Shown here piece by piece: positions 15,692-26,706 of a stretch of DNA of 64,000 nucleotides. Origin of the DNA: Escherichia phage vB_EcoM_CRP22. Under the pieces are notes generated by a model that was given only the letters and a program-made list of their open reading frames with translations, did no database searches and was not told the origin of the DNA. Numbering within the stretch: position 1 is the stretch's first letter; each line of letters starts with the position of its first letter. Both the position numbers and the translations under genes were made by a program. The stretch lies in the sequence record OQ708377.1. One strand, 5' to 3'.

Positions 15692-17293
15692 ATGGATTTA
15701 AATGCTGTTAAGCAGAAGCGAGTGGAAGATGTTAGGAAAGTCCTAGCTGGAGAGTTGGGGCTTTCTGATGAAGTAAAAGAAATTATCAAATCATTCGGTA
15801 AAGACCCCTCTAAATTCCTTCCAACTCAAATTCTGACTTTATTAAGATACACACCAGACCAAGTTAGACTTATCTTCAAATTGATGACTGATAAGAACTA
15901 TGTAGCCCCTCAACCGGGTTCTCAAGAGGTGTTTTTAAATACTAATGCTGACTTGGTTTTATATGGTGGTGCTGCTGGTGCTGGTAAAACTGCTGCATTG
16001 TTAATGGACTCTTTAAGGTTTATTGAAGACCCTAACTATAATGCTGTATATTTCCGTCGAAATACAACACAGTTACAAGGTGGTTTATGGCCTGCTGCAA
16101 AGAAACTATTTGGTAAGTTTGGTGGGGTTCCTCACGAGCAGAAGATGACTATCACATTCCCTTCTGGGGCAACTATCAAGTTTACCTACCTAGAACTTGA
16201 AAAGCACGCTGAAGGTCATCAGGGTATTGAATACTCAGCTATTTACTTTGACGAAGGTACGCACTTCTCTGCTTCACAGATTTCATACCTACAGACTCGT
16301 CTACGTTCTGGGGCTGAAGGTGATTCATACATGAAGATTTCTATGAACCCAGACAGAGACCACTTCATTTATGATTGGGTAGAGCCATTCTTAGATGAAG
16401 AAGGTTACCCAGACCCTGAGAAATGTGGTCGTATTCGTTGGTATGTTATGAATGATGGTGTGATGGTTTCTGATTGGGAGAGAGACAAGATTCTTGAAAT
16501 GTTCCCTCTTGAGATTCCTCAGACATACACCTTCATCTCTGGTACGATTGATGATAACCCAATTCTTGACTTCTTAGAACCTAAATATCGTGGTAAGTTG
16601 GAAAACAACACACCTGTAAACGTTGCAAGACTTCGTTTCGGTAACTGGAAGGCTCGTGCAGAAGGTTCAAACTATTGGCAAAGACAGTGGTGTGAAATTG
16701 TTGATTCACTCCCAGAAGATGTGTTTGATGTCAGAGCATGGGACTTAGCAGCGACTTTACCATCTGAAATTAACCCTAACCCAGACTGGACAGCGGGTGT
16801 TAAGATGGGTAAATCTAAAAAAGACGGTTGCTATTATATCATTGATGTAGTAAGATTTAGAGATAGACCCTCTGGAGTCGAAACACAAATTAATTTGACT
16901 GCTGAAAGTGACGGTAAGCGAACTGGTATTTTTATCCCTCAAGACCCAGGCGCTGCTGGTAAATCCTATGCAACATCCCTCATCAGGAAACTTGCCGAGA
17001 AAGGTTATCGCGCAAGAGCTAAACCAACAAATAAAGATAAAGTTACCCGCTTTGCGGGATTTTCTGCTGCTTCTGAAGCTGGACTTGTAAAAGTCTTGAG
17101 AGGTAGTTGGAACGAAGCTTACTTTCAAGAACTTGAAGGTTTTTGTGGTGATGGTAAAACTAAAGATGACCAAGTGGATGCTACCAGTGATGCTTTCAAC
17201 AGTCTTAACGAAGTTAAATTATTCAAGCCACCATCAATGGGTGCTCACACAGACTTAGTGAGAGGAAACCCATATGAGGGGCTTAGACGTTGA
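15692..17293 (+). CDS. terminase large subunit
   Basis: 533 aa from ATG after GGAGGTG; Walker A LYGGAAGAGKT; C-terminal nuclease-like region; the track ORF begins at an upstream TTG. Confidence 0.85.
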   Translation: MDLNAVKQKRVEDVRKVLAGELGLSDEVKEIIKSFGKDPSKFLPTQILTLLRYTPDQVRLIFKLMTDKNYVAPQPGSQEVFLNTNADLVLYGGAAGAGKTAALLMDSLRFIEDPNYNAVYFRRNTTQLQGGLWPAAKKLFGKFGGVPHEQKMTITFPSGATIKFTYLELEKHAEGHQGIEYSAIYFDEGTHFSASQISYLQTRLRSGAEGDSYMKISMNPDRDHFIYDWVEPFLDEEGYPDPEKCGRIRWYVMNDGVMVSDWERDKILEMFPLEIPQTYTFISGTIDDNPILDFLEPKYRGKLENNTPVNVARLRFGNWKARAEGSNYWQRQWCEIVDSLPEDVFDVRAWDLAATLPSEINPNPDWTAGVKMGKSKKDGCYYIIDVVRFRDRPSGVETQINLTAESDGKRTGIFIPQDPGAAGKSYATSLIRKLAEKGYRARAKPTNKDKVTRFAGFSAASEAGLVKVLRGSWNEAYFQELEGFCGDGKTKDDQVDATSDAFNSLNEVKLFKPPSMGAHTDLVRGNPYEGLRR

Positions 17294-17309
17294 TAGCTAG
17301 GTGAGAAGA

Positions 17310-18776
17310 ATGGCAGAAATTACAGAAACACAAGAAAGCTTACCACCATTTAGAATGGGTGAAGTAGGTTCTTTGGGTCTGAAGGTTAAGAATGGTAGAA
17401 TCTATGAAGAACCTCGTCAGGCACTAAGGTTCCCTGAAAGTATTAAAACTTTCCAATTAATGATGCGTGACCCTGCTGTAGCAGCATCTGTAAATATTAT
17501 TAAGATGTTTGTCAGAAAAGTCAACTGGAGATTCGTACCTCCAAAGGGAAAAGAGCAAGACCCTAAAATGCTTGAAAGAGCAGACTTCTTTAATTCTTTA
17601 ATGGATGACATGGAGCATGATTGGGCAGATTTTATTAACTCTGTAATGTCATTCTGCACTTATGGGTTCTGTGTTAACGAAAAGGTTTATAAGAAACGTC
17701 AGGGTAAAAAAGGAAAGTACCAGTCAAAATTTGATGATGGTCTAATTGGGTGGGCTAAATTACCAATCAGAAACCAATCAACACTTGATAAGTGGTATTT
17801 TGACGAAGACTTTAGAAAAGTTACTGGTGTCAGACAAAATCTAAGAAATGTTTCACATATTGCTGGAGCAATTAATCTTGGAGAAAGACCACTAACAAGA
17901 AAACTCCCACGAGCTAAATTCATGCTGTTTAAGTATGATGACGAGTATGGTAACCCAGAAGGCCGTTCACCATTACTTAACGCTTATGTACCGTGGAAGT
18001 ATAAAGTACAGATTGAAGAGTATGAAGCTGTTGGTGTTTCAAGAGACTTGGTAGGTATGCCAAAGATTGGTCTACCACCAGATTATCTGGATGAAAATGC
18101 AGAACCTGAAAAGAAAGCTTTCGTACAATACTGCAAAACTGTTGTTAATGATATGATTGCTAACGATAGAGCAGGTTTAATCTGGCCTAGATATATCGAC
18201 CCAGATACTAAAGAGGATATTTTTGAGTTCTCATTAGTTTCTAGACAGGGTGCTAAAGCATATGACACAGGCTCTATTATTGACAGGTATTCTAAGCAGA
18301 TTATGATGGCATTTATGTCAGATGTTCTTGCTATGGGCCAGTCAAAATACGGTTCATTCTCTCTTGCAGATTCTAAGACAAGCTTATTAGCAATGTCAGT
18401 AGATATTCTGCTGAAGCAAATTAAGAACGTAATTAACCGTGACTTAGTTGCACAGACTTATGCTCTTAATATGTGGGATGATGAAGAACATGTGCAAATC
18501 ACATATGATGATATCGAAACTCCAGACCTTGAAGCAATTGGTTCTTATATTCAGAAGACTGTTGCAGTAGGTGCTTTGGAAGTTGACAAAGAGCTATCTA
18601 ACAAACTTAGAGAGCATATTGGTCTTCCTCCTGCTGATGAGTCTCAGCCAGTATCTGAAAAGCTTTCTCCGAATAGCCAAAGCCGTTCAGGAGATGGTTA
18701 TAAGACCGCTGGAGAAGGTACTGCAAAGACACCTTCAGCGAAAGACCCAAGCACAGCAAATAAGGCAAATAAATAA
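17310..18776 (+). CDS. portal protein
   Basis: 488 aa; immediately follows large terminase and precedes prohead protease; acidic/basic C-terminal tail; the track start is GTG at 17301. Confidence 0.65.
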   Translation: MAEITETQESLPPFRMGEVGSLGLKVKNGRIYEEPRQALRFPESIKTFQLMMRDPAVAASVNIIKMFVRKVNWRFVPPKGKEQDPKMLERADFFNSLMDDMEHDWADFINSVMSFCTYGFCVNEKVYKKRQGKKGKYQSKFDDGLIGWAKLPIRNQSTLDKWYFDEDFRKVTGVRQNLRNVSHIAGAINLGERPLTRKLPRAKFMLFKYDDEYGNPEGRSPLLNAYVPWKYKVQIEEYEAVGVSRDLVGMPKIGLPPDYLDENAEPEKKAFVQYCKTVVNDMIANDRAGLIWPRYIDPDTKEDIFEFSLVSRQGAKAYDTGSIIDRYSKQIMMAFMSDVLAMGQSKYGSFSLADSKTSLLAMSVDILLKQIKNVINRDLVAQTYALNMWDDEEHVQITYDDIETPDLEAIGSYIQKTVAVGALEVDKELSNKLREHIGLPPADESQPVSEKLSPNSQSRSGDGYKTAGEGTAKTPSAKDPSTANKANK

Positions 18777-19276
18777 TGGCTGAAGTTATCTCTATTTCAA
18801 ATGCTACACGAGTGCATTCGTATAGGGGTGTCCTTATCATTACTGATAAGCTATCTGTAGAGGCTGGCTCAAGGGTCAGCCTTTCAGGTTATGTTAGTGA
18901 TGGTGGAATCTCTGACGTTTTCACTATTTGCAGGTTACTTGATGCACCAATGAGTGGAAAACCGTTTATTTCAAGAAATTGTAGTGAAATTGTTAAAATT
19001 CCATTTGACAGTTCATGCCTTTTGGGTGTAAAGTTATATAACTGCGAGAATAAACGTATCAATGTTAAAAGCATTGAAGCCGCTTTCATTACCCTCAACA
19101 CTGCATTTCAATCTCCAATGACAGTTAATAAAGAAACAAACAGACTTGAATACATTTTCTCACAAAATGATTACAAAGTACTTGTCAAAGGTAAAGTATA
19201 TGATATGATTGTAAATGTGGTAGATGAATCTGGTAACCATTCAACAGTCCTTAAACAAAAAGTAAGGTTTAATTAA
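18776..19276 (+). CDS. hypothetical protein (head module)
   Basis: 166-aa ORF overlapping portal stop (ATAATG). Confidence 0.45.
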   Translation: MAEVISISNATRVHSYRGVLIITDKLSVEAGSRVSLSGYVSDGGISDVFTICRLLDAPMSGKPFISRNCSEIVKIPFDSSCLLGVKLYNCENKRINVKSIEAAFITLNTAFQSPMTVNKETNRLEYIFSQNDYKVLVKGKVYDMIVNVVDESGNHSTVLKQKVRFN

Positions 19277-19608
19277 TGGGAACATTAACTATTGATGGTA
19301 AGAACAAAATCCTCGCCACGCTAACCCCAACGACTATTATTTTACACAATGTAGACCCAACGGCAGACCCTACAGCAAATAAGGTTACTCAGCCAGTGGC
19401 TATTTATTTTTCTGAACCGGATAATGGCTTAATTGCCTCAGAAGACACAGTTAACATTACTGTCCCAGCTTCTGCAACGGTCTCACACTATAGCTTGTGG
19501 GATGCTAACGATAAATGCGTGGCAACTGGTGCTCTTAGTAAACCTCAATTCTTTGCTGAAGAAGGTATCTATGTTATCTCTTCAGTCTCTGTAGATTTAA
19601 ACAAATAG
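19276..19608 (+). CDS. hypothetical protein (head module)
   Basis: 110-aa ORF. Confidence 0.45.
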   Translation: MGTLTIDGKNKILATLTPTTIILHNVDPTADPTANKVTQPVAIYFSEPDNGLIASEDTVNITVPASATVSHYSLWDANDKCVATGALSKPQFFAEEGIYVISSVSVDLNK

Positions 19609-19619
19609 GGTGAGTAAAA

Positions 19620-20966
19620 ATGAGTTCGAATATCTTCAGACTTGCTGATAGATTATTCAACCAACCTTTACTAGCCACTGAATCATTAGCTCACTCAGCA
19701 GCAACTTATGTGAATAACAGATTGCTGGGTGATGTCCAAGCAGCAGTAAACTTTGATAAGCCCAAAGGTGACGCAAGAAGTCTTTTAAAAGTAAGAGATG
19801 ATATTGCTATTATCCCTATTATGGGTGGTTTAACTCATCGTATGACATTCATTGATGCAATGTGTACAGGTGGTTTAAGCTCTTATGAAGGTTTACGCAG
19901 AGGCTTTGACGAAGCTTTAGCAGATGAGTCAATTAAGACTATTGTTCTGCATATTGATTCTGGTGGTGGTGAAGCTTCAGGTTGCTTTGAATTAGCACGT
20001 CACATCATGGCTTCAAGAGGCCAAAAGAAAATTATTGCTTATGTAGATGAGTTCGCTTGTTCCGCTGCATATGCTCTTGCATCTTCTGCTGAAGAAATTA
20101 TTGCATCACCAGATGCAGATGTTGGTTCTATTGGTGTAATCATGGTTCATCAGGAATTAACTAAGGCATTTGAAAAGAATGGCGTAACAATTAACGTCAT
20201 CAAAGCTGGTGAGTTTAAAGGTATGGGTTCACCATTCCAAGCACTTTCAGAAGAAAGCAAAGAAAGACTTCAAAAGAGAATTAATGATACCTACGCAACC
20301 TTTACAGGTTTTGTAGCCGAATCTCGTAATCTCTCTGAAGAAGCTGTAAAGAATACTGAGGCGAATGTTTATTCTGCTCAGGAAGCTCTTGAACTTGGTT
20401 TAATTAACTCAATCATGTCTCAAGATGATTTCTTAAATTACTTACAAGGTTCTGAAGAGGCTCCTGTAAGTTTAAACGTTAACAATTCAGGTGAAGAAAT
20501 GACTGAACAAGAAAAGCAAGAACTAGAAGCTTTGCGTCTTCAGGTTGCTCAAATGAAAGCTAAAGAACAGGAAGCTGCTTTGTCAGATTTGACTAATAAG
20601 ATTTCTGCTTCTGCTGAAGCTTTTGGATTTGATGCAAAAGAAGCTGCAACGACTATTTTAGGTGCTGGTCTTGATAACCCTCTGAGTGTTCTGTTTATGA
20701 ATGCTATGGAAGGTGCTAACCAGAAACTTAATGAAACTATCGCATCCCATGCTTCTGCAATGGAAGAAAAAGAATCAGAAATTACCAAGCTAAAAGAAAC
20801 TGCTGGTGCTGTTCTTGAACATTCCAACGCTATGGAAGAAATGGGTAATGACGGCGAAGCTGATTTGGTTGAAGAAGAAAAAGAACCAGCTAAGAATGCT
20901 TCCGAAGACACCGCTGAACAACGCAAACTGGCTCTCCAGAATGCTCTAAAATCTCTTATCAAATAA
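19620..20966 (+). CDS. prohead protease (S49/ClpP-like serine peptidase) fused to scaffold-like C-terminal domain
   Basis: 448 aa; IVLHIDSGGGEASG and DEFACSAAYALA are S49 signatures as in lambda gpC; C-terminal ~170 aa are Ala/Glu/Lys-rich. Confidence 0.75.
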   Translation: MSSNIFRLADRLFNQPLLATESLAHSAATYVNNRLLGDVQAAVNFDKPKGDARSLLKVRDDIAIIPIMGGLTHRMTFIDAMCTGGLSSYEGLRRGFDEALADESIKTIVLHIDSGGGEASGCFELARHIMASRGQKKIIAYVDEFACSAAYALASSAEEIIASPDADVGSIGVIMVHQELTKAFEKNGVTINVIKAGEFKGMGSPFQALSEESKERLQKRINDTYATFTGFVAESRNLSEEAVKNTEANVYSAQEALELGLINSIMSQDDFLNYLQGSEEAPVSLNVNNSGEEMTEQEKQELEALRLQVAQMKAKEQEAALSDLTNKISASAEAFGFDAKEAATTILGAGLDNPLSVLFMNAMEGANQKLNETIASHASAMEEKESEITKLKETAGAVLEHSNAMEEMGNDGEADLVEEEKEPAKNASEDTAEQRKLALQNALKSLIK

Positions 20967-20977
20967 GGAACACAATA

Positions 20978-21355
20978 ATGGCATATCAAGGTTTTACTAA
21001 GTTAGGTAAAAGAGAACCTCTGAATGATATCATTCTTTGGGAACAGGTTACCCCAACAGGCCACTCTCGTAAAGAGTACACTCCAGTTGCTTCAACAGAA
21101 TACCGTGTAGGTGAAGTTCTGAAAGCAGATGGTACTAAGGTACAAGCTGGGGAAGAAACTCAGGCTGATTCTGTATGTATCGTTAACTTTTATGCAGACC
21201 TGCAACTGTCTTACCACGGTCAGTTGAAAGTTGTTGGTATTTACCGTGATGCAGAATTAAAAGACATGCTTACTCTTGAATCAAGCGTTGATGCTGCCGC
21301 AGTCAAGAAAGCTCTGGCTGCTAAAGGTATTGATTTCGTACCAACTGGCCTGTAA
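20978..21355 (+). CDS. head decoration protein (lambda gpD-like position)
   Basis: 125 aa between protease and major capsid gene; assignment by gene order and size. Confidence 0.45.
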   Translation: MAYQGFTKLGKREPLNDIILWEQVTPTGHSRKEYTPVASTEYRVGEVLKADGTKVQAGEETQADSVCIVNFYADLQLSYHGQLKVVGIYRDAELKDMLTLESSVDAAAVKKALAAKGIDFVPTGL

Positions 21356-21388
21356 TAACAATAATAAGACATTCTGGAGAATTTTACA

Positions 21389-22495
21389 ATGTTGACTAAT
21401 TCTGAAAAAAGCAGATTTTTCCTTGCTGACCTGACTGGTGAAGTCCAGTCTATCCCAAATACTTATGGGTATATTTCCAACTTAGGTCTGTTCCGTTCAG
21501 CACCAATCACCCAAACTACTTTCCTTATGGACTTGACTGATTGGGATGTTAGCTTGCTTGATGCGGTAGACCGTGATAGCCGTAAAGCAGAGACTAGCGC
21601 ACCTGAGCGTGTTCGTCAAATCAGCTTCCCAATGATGTACTTCAAAGAAGTTGAAAGCATCACTCCTGATGAAATTCAGGGTGTACGTCAGCCAGGCACT
21701 GCAAACGAACTGACTACTGAAGCTGTAGTACGTGCTAAGAAGCTGATGAAGATTCGTACCAAGTTCGATATTACTCGTGAGTTCCTGTTTATGCAAGCTC
21801 TGAAGGGTAAAGTTGTTGATGCTCGTGGTACGCTGTATGCTGACCTGTACAAGCAGTTCGATGTTGAGAAGAAGACTATTTACTTCGACCTTGATAACCC
21901 TAATGCGGATATCGACGCTTCTATCGAAGAACTGCGTATGCACATGGAAGATGAAGCTAAGACTGGCACTGTAATCAACGGTGAAGAAATTCACGTAGTT
22001 GTTGACCGTGTGTTCTTCAGCAAGCTGACTAAACACCCTAAGATTCGTGACGCTTATCTTGCACAGCAGACTCCACTGGCTTGGCAACAGATTACTGGTT
22101 CTCTGAGAACTGGTGGTACTGACGGCGTTCAGGCTCATATGAACACTTTCTACTACGGTGGTGTTAAGTTTGTCCAGTACAACGGTAAGTTCAAAGACAA
22201 GCGTGGTAAGGTTCACACTCTGGTGAGCATTGATAGCGTAGCAGACACTGTTGGTGTTGGTCATGCTTTCCCTAACGTTTCTATGCTGGGTGAAGCAAAC
22301 AACATCTTCGAAGTTGCATATGGTCCATGTCCTAAGATGGGTTATGCAAATACACTTGGTCAGGAACTGTACGTATTCGAATACGAAAAAGACCGTGACG
22401 AAGGTATTGACTTCGAAGCTCACTCTTACATGCTGCCATACTGTACTCGTCCTCAGTTGCTGGTCGATGTTCGCGCTGACGCTCAAGGTGGCTGA
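21389..22495 (+). CDS. major capsid protein (lambda gpE-like)
   Basis: 368 aa; position after protease/decoration genes; ATG after GGAGA. Confidence 0.75.
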   Translation: MLTNSEKSRFFLADLTGEVQSIPNTYGYISNLGLFRSAPITQTTFLMDLTDWDVSLLDAVDRDSRKAETSAPERVRQISFPMMYFKEVESITPDEIQGVRQPGTANELTTEAVVRAKKLMKIRTKFDITREFLFMQALKGKVVDARGTLYADLYKQFDVEKKTIYFDLDNPNADIDASIEELRMHMEDEAKTGTVINGEEIHVVVDRVFFSKLTKHPKIRDAYLAQQTPLAWQQITGSLRTGGTDGVQAHMNTFYYGGVKFVQYNGKFKDKRGKVHTLVSIDSVADTVGVGHAFPNVSMLGEANNIFEVAYGPCPKMGYANTLGQELYVFEYEKDRDEGIDFEAHSYMLPYCTRPQLLVDVRADAQGG

Positions 22496-22515
22496 TAAAC
22501 TTAGGAGGGTTATGA

Positions 22516-22965
22516 ATGTGTTATACAGGCGACCCAGCCAATAACCCTCTTGATAGAGTAAGAATCCTCTGCACAGACACCAATAATGATGAAATTCTTA
22601 TTGAGCAGTCTGTGCTAGAGTGGTTCTATCTAGAATCTGGAAAGGATGAAAAGAAAGCAGCCATCAAAGCTCTTAAATATTTACTCTTTCAAGTAGCCAA
22701 GATGGGAGATGAGAAGGTTGGTGGTGTTTATTTACGTAACTCTTCCAGATTCAAATCTCTGAAAGCTGTTTATGACGACCTTGTTAAAAGCTCTGTTTCA
22801 GGACTACCCTATGCAGGTGGTATTAATCAGTGTGACATTGATATGCGTCGTCAGAATCCTTGCTCTGTCAAGAAATACACAGAATATGGTGATGCTGCCA
22901 GATACGAAGGCAGAGATTACTGCAACCGTGTTAATGGCGTATTTATTATCGAGCGAGATGAATAA
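22516..22965 (+). CDS. hypothetical protein (head-tail joining region)
   Basis: 149 aa; ATG 8 nt after AGGAGG. Confidence 0.45.
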   Translation: MCYTGDPANNPLDRVRILCTDTNNDEILIEQSVLEWFYLESGKDEKKAAIKALKYLLFQVAKMGDEKVGGVYLRNSSRFKSLKAVYDDLVKSSVSGLPYAGGINQCDIDMRRQNPCSVKKYTEYGDAARYEGRDYCNRVNGVFIIERDE

Positions 22966-23447
22966 TGGTTAAAAGGGTTATTCACCCCGCTAGAGCAAAA
23001 TTAGTCGGGGCTATGAAGAACTTGCAAACGGCTAATGCTCAAGTTGGGTATTTTCAAGAACAAGGTCAACATAGCTCTGGTTTTTCTTATCCTGCTTTAA
23101 TGTATTTACAAGAAGTTATTGGGGTTCCTTCAGCTTCTGGTAAAGTATATCGTAGGTTGTTTGAAATCACTATGATGCTAAACAGACAGACCTTGTTAGA
23201 GCAGACTAAGAAGAATCTATATAAGCAACTTAGCAGTCTCAACACAGACCCTTCAAATACCTTAGAAGCATTTGCAAAGAATGCTCAGAAGGCAATTAAA
23301 AGAGGTTTTGGTAATTCTGCTATCCTCCCTCCTAACGCACCTTCCACAGTCAAGAAAAAAGGCTTTAACGCACCTCTTGTTGAGACAGGTGACTTAAGAG
23401 ATAACCTTGCTTATAAAATTTCTACTAAGAAGGGTATTAAAAAATGA
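22965..23447 (+). CDS. hypothetical protein (head-tail joining region)
   Basis: 160 aa, ATGA overlap with upstream gene. Confidence 0.45.
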   Translation: MVKRVIHPARAKLVGAMKNLQTANAQVGYFQEQGQHSSGFSYPALMYLQEVIGVPSASGKVYRRLFEITMMLNRQTLLEQTKKNLYKQLSSLNTDPSNTLEAFAKNAQKAIKRGFGNSAILPPNAPSTVKKKGFNAPLVETGDLRDNLAYKISTKKGIKK

Positions 23448-23845
23448 GACTCTTAAACAGACACAGCTTTGTAGTAAAGCGTAAAGTCTCTGAAGACGGT
23501 TATTATAACGATGATGGTGATTGGGTAGCTTCACAAGATATTGTAGAGGTTAACTGTAAAGGTAATATCCAGCCATATATCAAAGGTTCTGTAAAGAATG
23601 GTACACAGATTGCTTTACCGGAAGGTATTAGGCTTACCGATACAAGAATCCTGTATACCACATATAAACTTAGAACTTCAGATGATGTAGAGTGGAATGA
23701 GTCTGATATTGTTATGATTGATGGTCATGAGTATGAAGTATTTATGACTATGGATTGGTCACAGCAATTAGCCCATACGTCCCATTATGAATATATCATT
23801 ATTAGAAGGGATAAAATGAATGCAGTTAGAAACAGCAGAACTTGA
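23444..23845 (+). CDS. hypothetical protein (head-tail joining region)
   Basis: 133 aa. Confidence 0.45.
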   Translation: MRLLNRHSFVVKRKVSEDGYYNDDGDWVASQDIVEVNCKGNIQPYIKGSVKNGTQIALPEGIRLTDTRILYTTYKLRTSDDVEWNESDIVMIDGHEYEVFMTMDWSQQLAHTSHYEYIIIRRDKMNAVRNSRT

Positions 23846-24419
23846 AAAAGGTCTAGTTAGAACCTTAGTGGATGTTATTGGTCACAGACTAGCTCGTGAT
23901 AAGAATAATAGACCAAACGTAATTAGAGCTTACCCTTCTGATAACTCAAATGACAAAGGTTTAAAACCTGACCAGCCATTTATTACCGTATATTGTCAAG
24001 ATGCTGCAACACCTTATGGTTGGGTTCTTGATAAGTTTGTTGAGGATGATGTAGTTTGCTACAGAATTGCTTTTCAGATTCCAGTATTGATTACGGTGAA
24101 TGGTAAAGGTGCTCACAGTATTATGCTTGAGCTTAAACAACGATTAGAGATGAGTTCAGTCAGAGATTTAATCCTTGAAGAAACAGGAGCTACAGTACTA
24201 GATACTGGAGCAATCCCTAATGACTACACTTATCTCAATACAGATTTCGAAAATTCTGCACCTCTTGTTGTAACTCTTGTAAAAAACTCAGTCCTGAAAG
24301 ATGAACGTGGAAGTATCATTGAGCGTGTCATTGTCGATGGTGAGTTGGTTTATGAGGAAGGACAAGAGCCACCAGAATATACTATCCATCTAGATGTAGA
24401 CTCCAAAGGGGTAAAATAA
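23820..24419 (+). CDS. hypothetical protein (neck / tail completion region)
   Basis: 199 aa. Confidence 0.45.
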   Translation: MQLETAELEKGLVRTLVDVIGHRLARDKNNRPNVIRAYPSDNSNDKGLKPDQPFITVYCQDAATPYGWVLDKFVEDDVVCYRIAFQIPVLITVNGKGAHSIMLELKQRLEMSSVRDLILEETGATVLDTGAIPNDYTYLNTDFENSAPLVVTLVKNSVLKDERGSIIERVIVDGELVYEEGQEPPEYTIHLDVDSKGVK

Positions 24420-25772
24420 ATGTGGAATCCAATTGTTAATGTAGATATTACATTGAACACCGCAGGAACTACAAGAGAAGGTTTTGGTTTGCCACTATTC
24501 TTAGCTTCAACAGATAACTTTGAAGAAAGAGTACGTGGTTACACTTCCTTAACTGAAGTTGCTGAAGATTTCGATGAGAATACTGCTGCATATAAGGCTG
24601 CTAAACAACTTTGGAGTCAGACTCCTAAAGTAACTCAGCTTTATATTGGTAGACGTGCTATGCAGTACACTGTATCAATTCCTGATGCCGTTACCAAAAG
24701 TACAGACTACTCGATTACTGTAGCTGCTGGCGGTGGAATTTCTCAACCATACCAGTATACAGCACAAGGCTCAGACACTGCTGAAGTAGTGTTGCAACAG
24801 TTTAAAACACAGATTGAAGCTGACCCAACAATCAAAGATAAGGTTTCTGTGAACGTAACTGGTAGCAATGGTTCTGCCACAATGATTATTACCAAAGCTG
24901 GTGATAATGACTTTGTGAAAGTAACAACTACAGCACAGACTGTATCTATTGCAAGCACAACTGCCGATACAGCATCAACTGCTCTGGCAGCCATTGAAGC
25001 TTATTCTACTGACTGGTATTTCATTGCAGCAGAAGATAGAACTCAACAGTTTGTCCTAGCAATGGCTTCTGAGATTCAGGCTCGTAAGAAAATCTTCTTC
25101 ACTGCTAACTCTGATGTATCAGCACTACAAGGTACAGAATTAAACAGTGCAAACGATGTTCCAGCACAGCTTGCTAAGAGTATGTATACTCGCACAGTTT
25201 GCTTGTGGCATCACACAGCAGCAGAAGACTATCCAGAGATGGCATACATTGCTTATGGTGCTCCATACGATGCAGGGTCAATTGCTTGGGGTAATGCTCA
25301 GTTGACTGGTGTAGCTGCTTCTCTACAGCCAGCTAATAAGAGACCTCTGACAAGTATTCAGAAGTCAGCTTTAGATGCACGTCACTGTAACTTTATTGAC
25401 CTTGATGGTGGTGTTCCAGTGGTTCGTAGAGGGATTACTTCTGGTGGGGAATGGATTGATATCATCCGTGGCGTTGACTGGTTGGAATCAGACCTGAAAA
25501 CTTCTCTGAGAGACTTGCTAATTAACCAGAAGGGTGGTAAGATTACTTATGATGATACTGGTATTACCCGTATTCGTCAAGTCATTGAAACCTCTCTACA
25601 AAGAGCAGTCAACAGAAACTTCCTGTCATCTTACACAGTTAATGTTCCTAAAGCCTCTCAAGTTGCTTTGGCAGACAAGAAAGCTCGTATCCTGAAAGAT
25701 GTTACCTTCTCAGGTATCTTAGCAGGGGCTATCTTGGATGTTGACTTGAAAGGTACAGTGGCTTACGAATAA
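24420..25772 (+). CDS. tail sheath protein
   Basis: 450 aa immediately upstream of a ~150-aa tube-sized gene; assignment by size and order. Confidence 0.65.
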   Translation: MWNPIVNVDITLNTAGTTREGFGLPLFLASTDNFEERVRGYTSLTEVAEDFDENTAAYKAAKQLWSQTPKVTQLYIGRRAMQYTVSIPDAVTKSTDYSITVAAGGGISQPYQYTAQGSDTAEVVLQQFKTQIEADPTIKDKVSVNVTGSNGSATMIITKAGDNDFVKVTTTAQTVSIASTTADTASTALAAIEAYSTDWYFIAAEDRTQQFVLAMASEIQARKKIFFTANSDVSALQGTELNSANDVPAQLAKSMYTRTVCLWHHTAAEDYPEMAYIAYGAPYDAGSIAWGNAQLTGVAASLQPANKRPLTSIQKSALDARHCNFIDLDGGVPVVRRGITSGGEWIDIIRGVDWLESDLKTSLRDLLINQKGGKITYDDTGITRIRQVIETSLQRAVNRNFLSSYTVNVPKASQVALADKKARILKDVTFSGILAGAILDVDLKGTVAYE

Positions 25773-25787
25773 TAGAGGTAAATTGGA

Positions 25788-26234
25788 ATGGCTATGTATC
25801 AGCAATATTCCCCTAAAGACGTTGTATGTAGCTGGAATGGTATTGCCATTGAAGGCTTTGCTCCAGACTCATTCTTACGTCTACAGAGAACATCACCACT
25901 TATTACACCAGTTGTAGGTGCAGGTGGTCAAGTTGCTCTGACAAGAAATGCAGATAAGACAGGTACTATTGAGATTGAGCTAATGCAGACTTCTCTCTCT
26001 AATCAGATGCTTTCTGCAATTCAAGCTAAACAAGACAATATGGAACTTGAAGAAGATATCTCTTCTAACTTCGTAATCTACGACCCATCAGGCTCTGTTC
26101 TGGCAACTGGTATTAATGCTTGGTTGCAGGAACTACCACAGATTGAACTTGGTCGTGACCAGAACTCTAAAACTTGGATTTTTGGTTGTGAGAAGCTAGA
26201 CTACACTTCTACAATTCCAGCGTCAAGTGTTTAA
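25788..26234 (+). CDS. tail tube protein
   Basis: 148 aa following sheath gene; followed by a strong terminator. Confidence 0.6.
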   Translation: MAMYQQYSPKDVVCSWNGIAIEGFAPDSFLRLQRTSPLITPVVGAGGQVALTRNADKTGTIEIELMQTSLSNQMLSAIQAKQDNMELEEDISSNFVIYDPSGSVLATGINAWLQELPQIELGRDQNSKTWIFGCEKLDYTSTIPASSV

Positions 26235-26246
26235 TAAATCCTATAA

Positions 26247-26279
26247 GGGGGAGACTTTAAAAGGTCTTCCCCTTTTTTG
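26247..26279 (+). terminator. Rho-independent terminator after tail tube gene
   Basis: ggggagac-ttttaaaag-gtcttcccc followed by TTTTTT. Confidence 0.7.
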
Positions 26280-26307
26280 TTTCTTTTAAAAGTATTAAGG
26301 AATCACA

Positions 26308-26706
26308 ATGAAAACAGAATCTAGAGTAATTAATGGTAAGAAAGTAAATATCGTTCTGCTTGGGGCAAGAGATGGTATTAAGATGTCTATGAAGTTGGGT
26401 AAAATTGTTGTTCCAACTTTTGCACAGATGCTATCAAGTCTGACTGATAAAGATAAGAAAGAAGCACCGATGGTTCCATTTAAAGAACTTGTTGAAGCTT
26501 GTTTTGACAGAATTGAAGAAATTAACCTTGAAGAAATGGCTACCCTATTATTTCAAGGGGCAACTGTTGATGACTTCCCACTTAATATTGATACATACTT
26601 CCAAGCAAACTATGGTGAATTTATTGATTACTTAGCATTTGCGCTGGAGGCAAATTTCGGAAGTTTTTTCGAAGCAAGCATTTTCAAAAGCCTAACTTCT
26701 CAGTAA
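26308..26706 (+). CDS. tail assembly chaperone (putative)
   Basis: 132 aa between tube and tape measure genes. Confidence 0.45.
   Translation: MKTESRVINGKKVNIVLLGARDGIKMSMKLGKIVVPTFAQMLSSLTDKDKKEAPMVPFKELVEACFDRIEEINLEEMATLLFQGATVDDFPLNIDTYFQANYGEFIDYLAFALEANFGSFFEASIFKSLTSQ

Noticed and set aside
21497-22486. 329-aa minus-strand ORF antisense to the major capsid gene
   Set aside because: Fully contained in the capsid gene on the opposite strand; low-complexity translation with no recognisable motifs; the plus-strand frame has the clear structural-gene context
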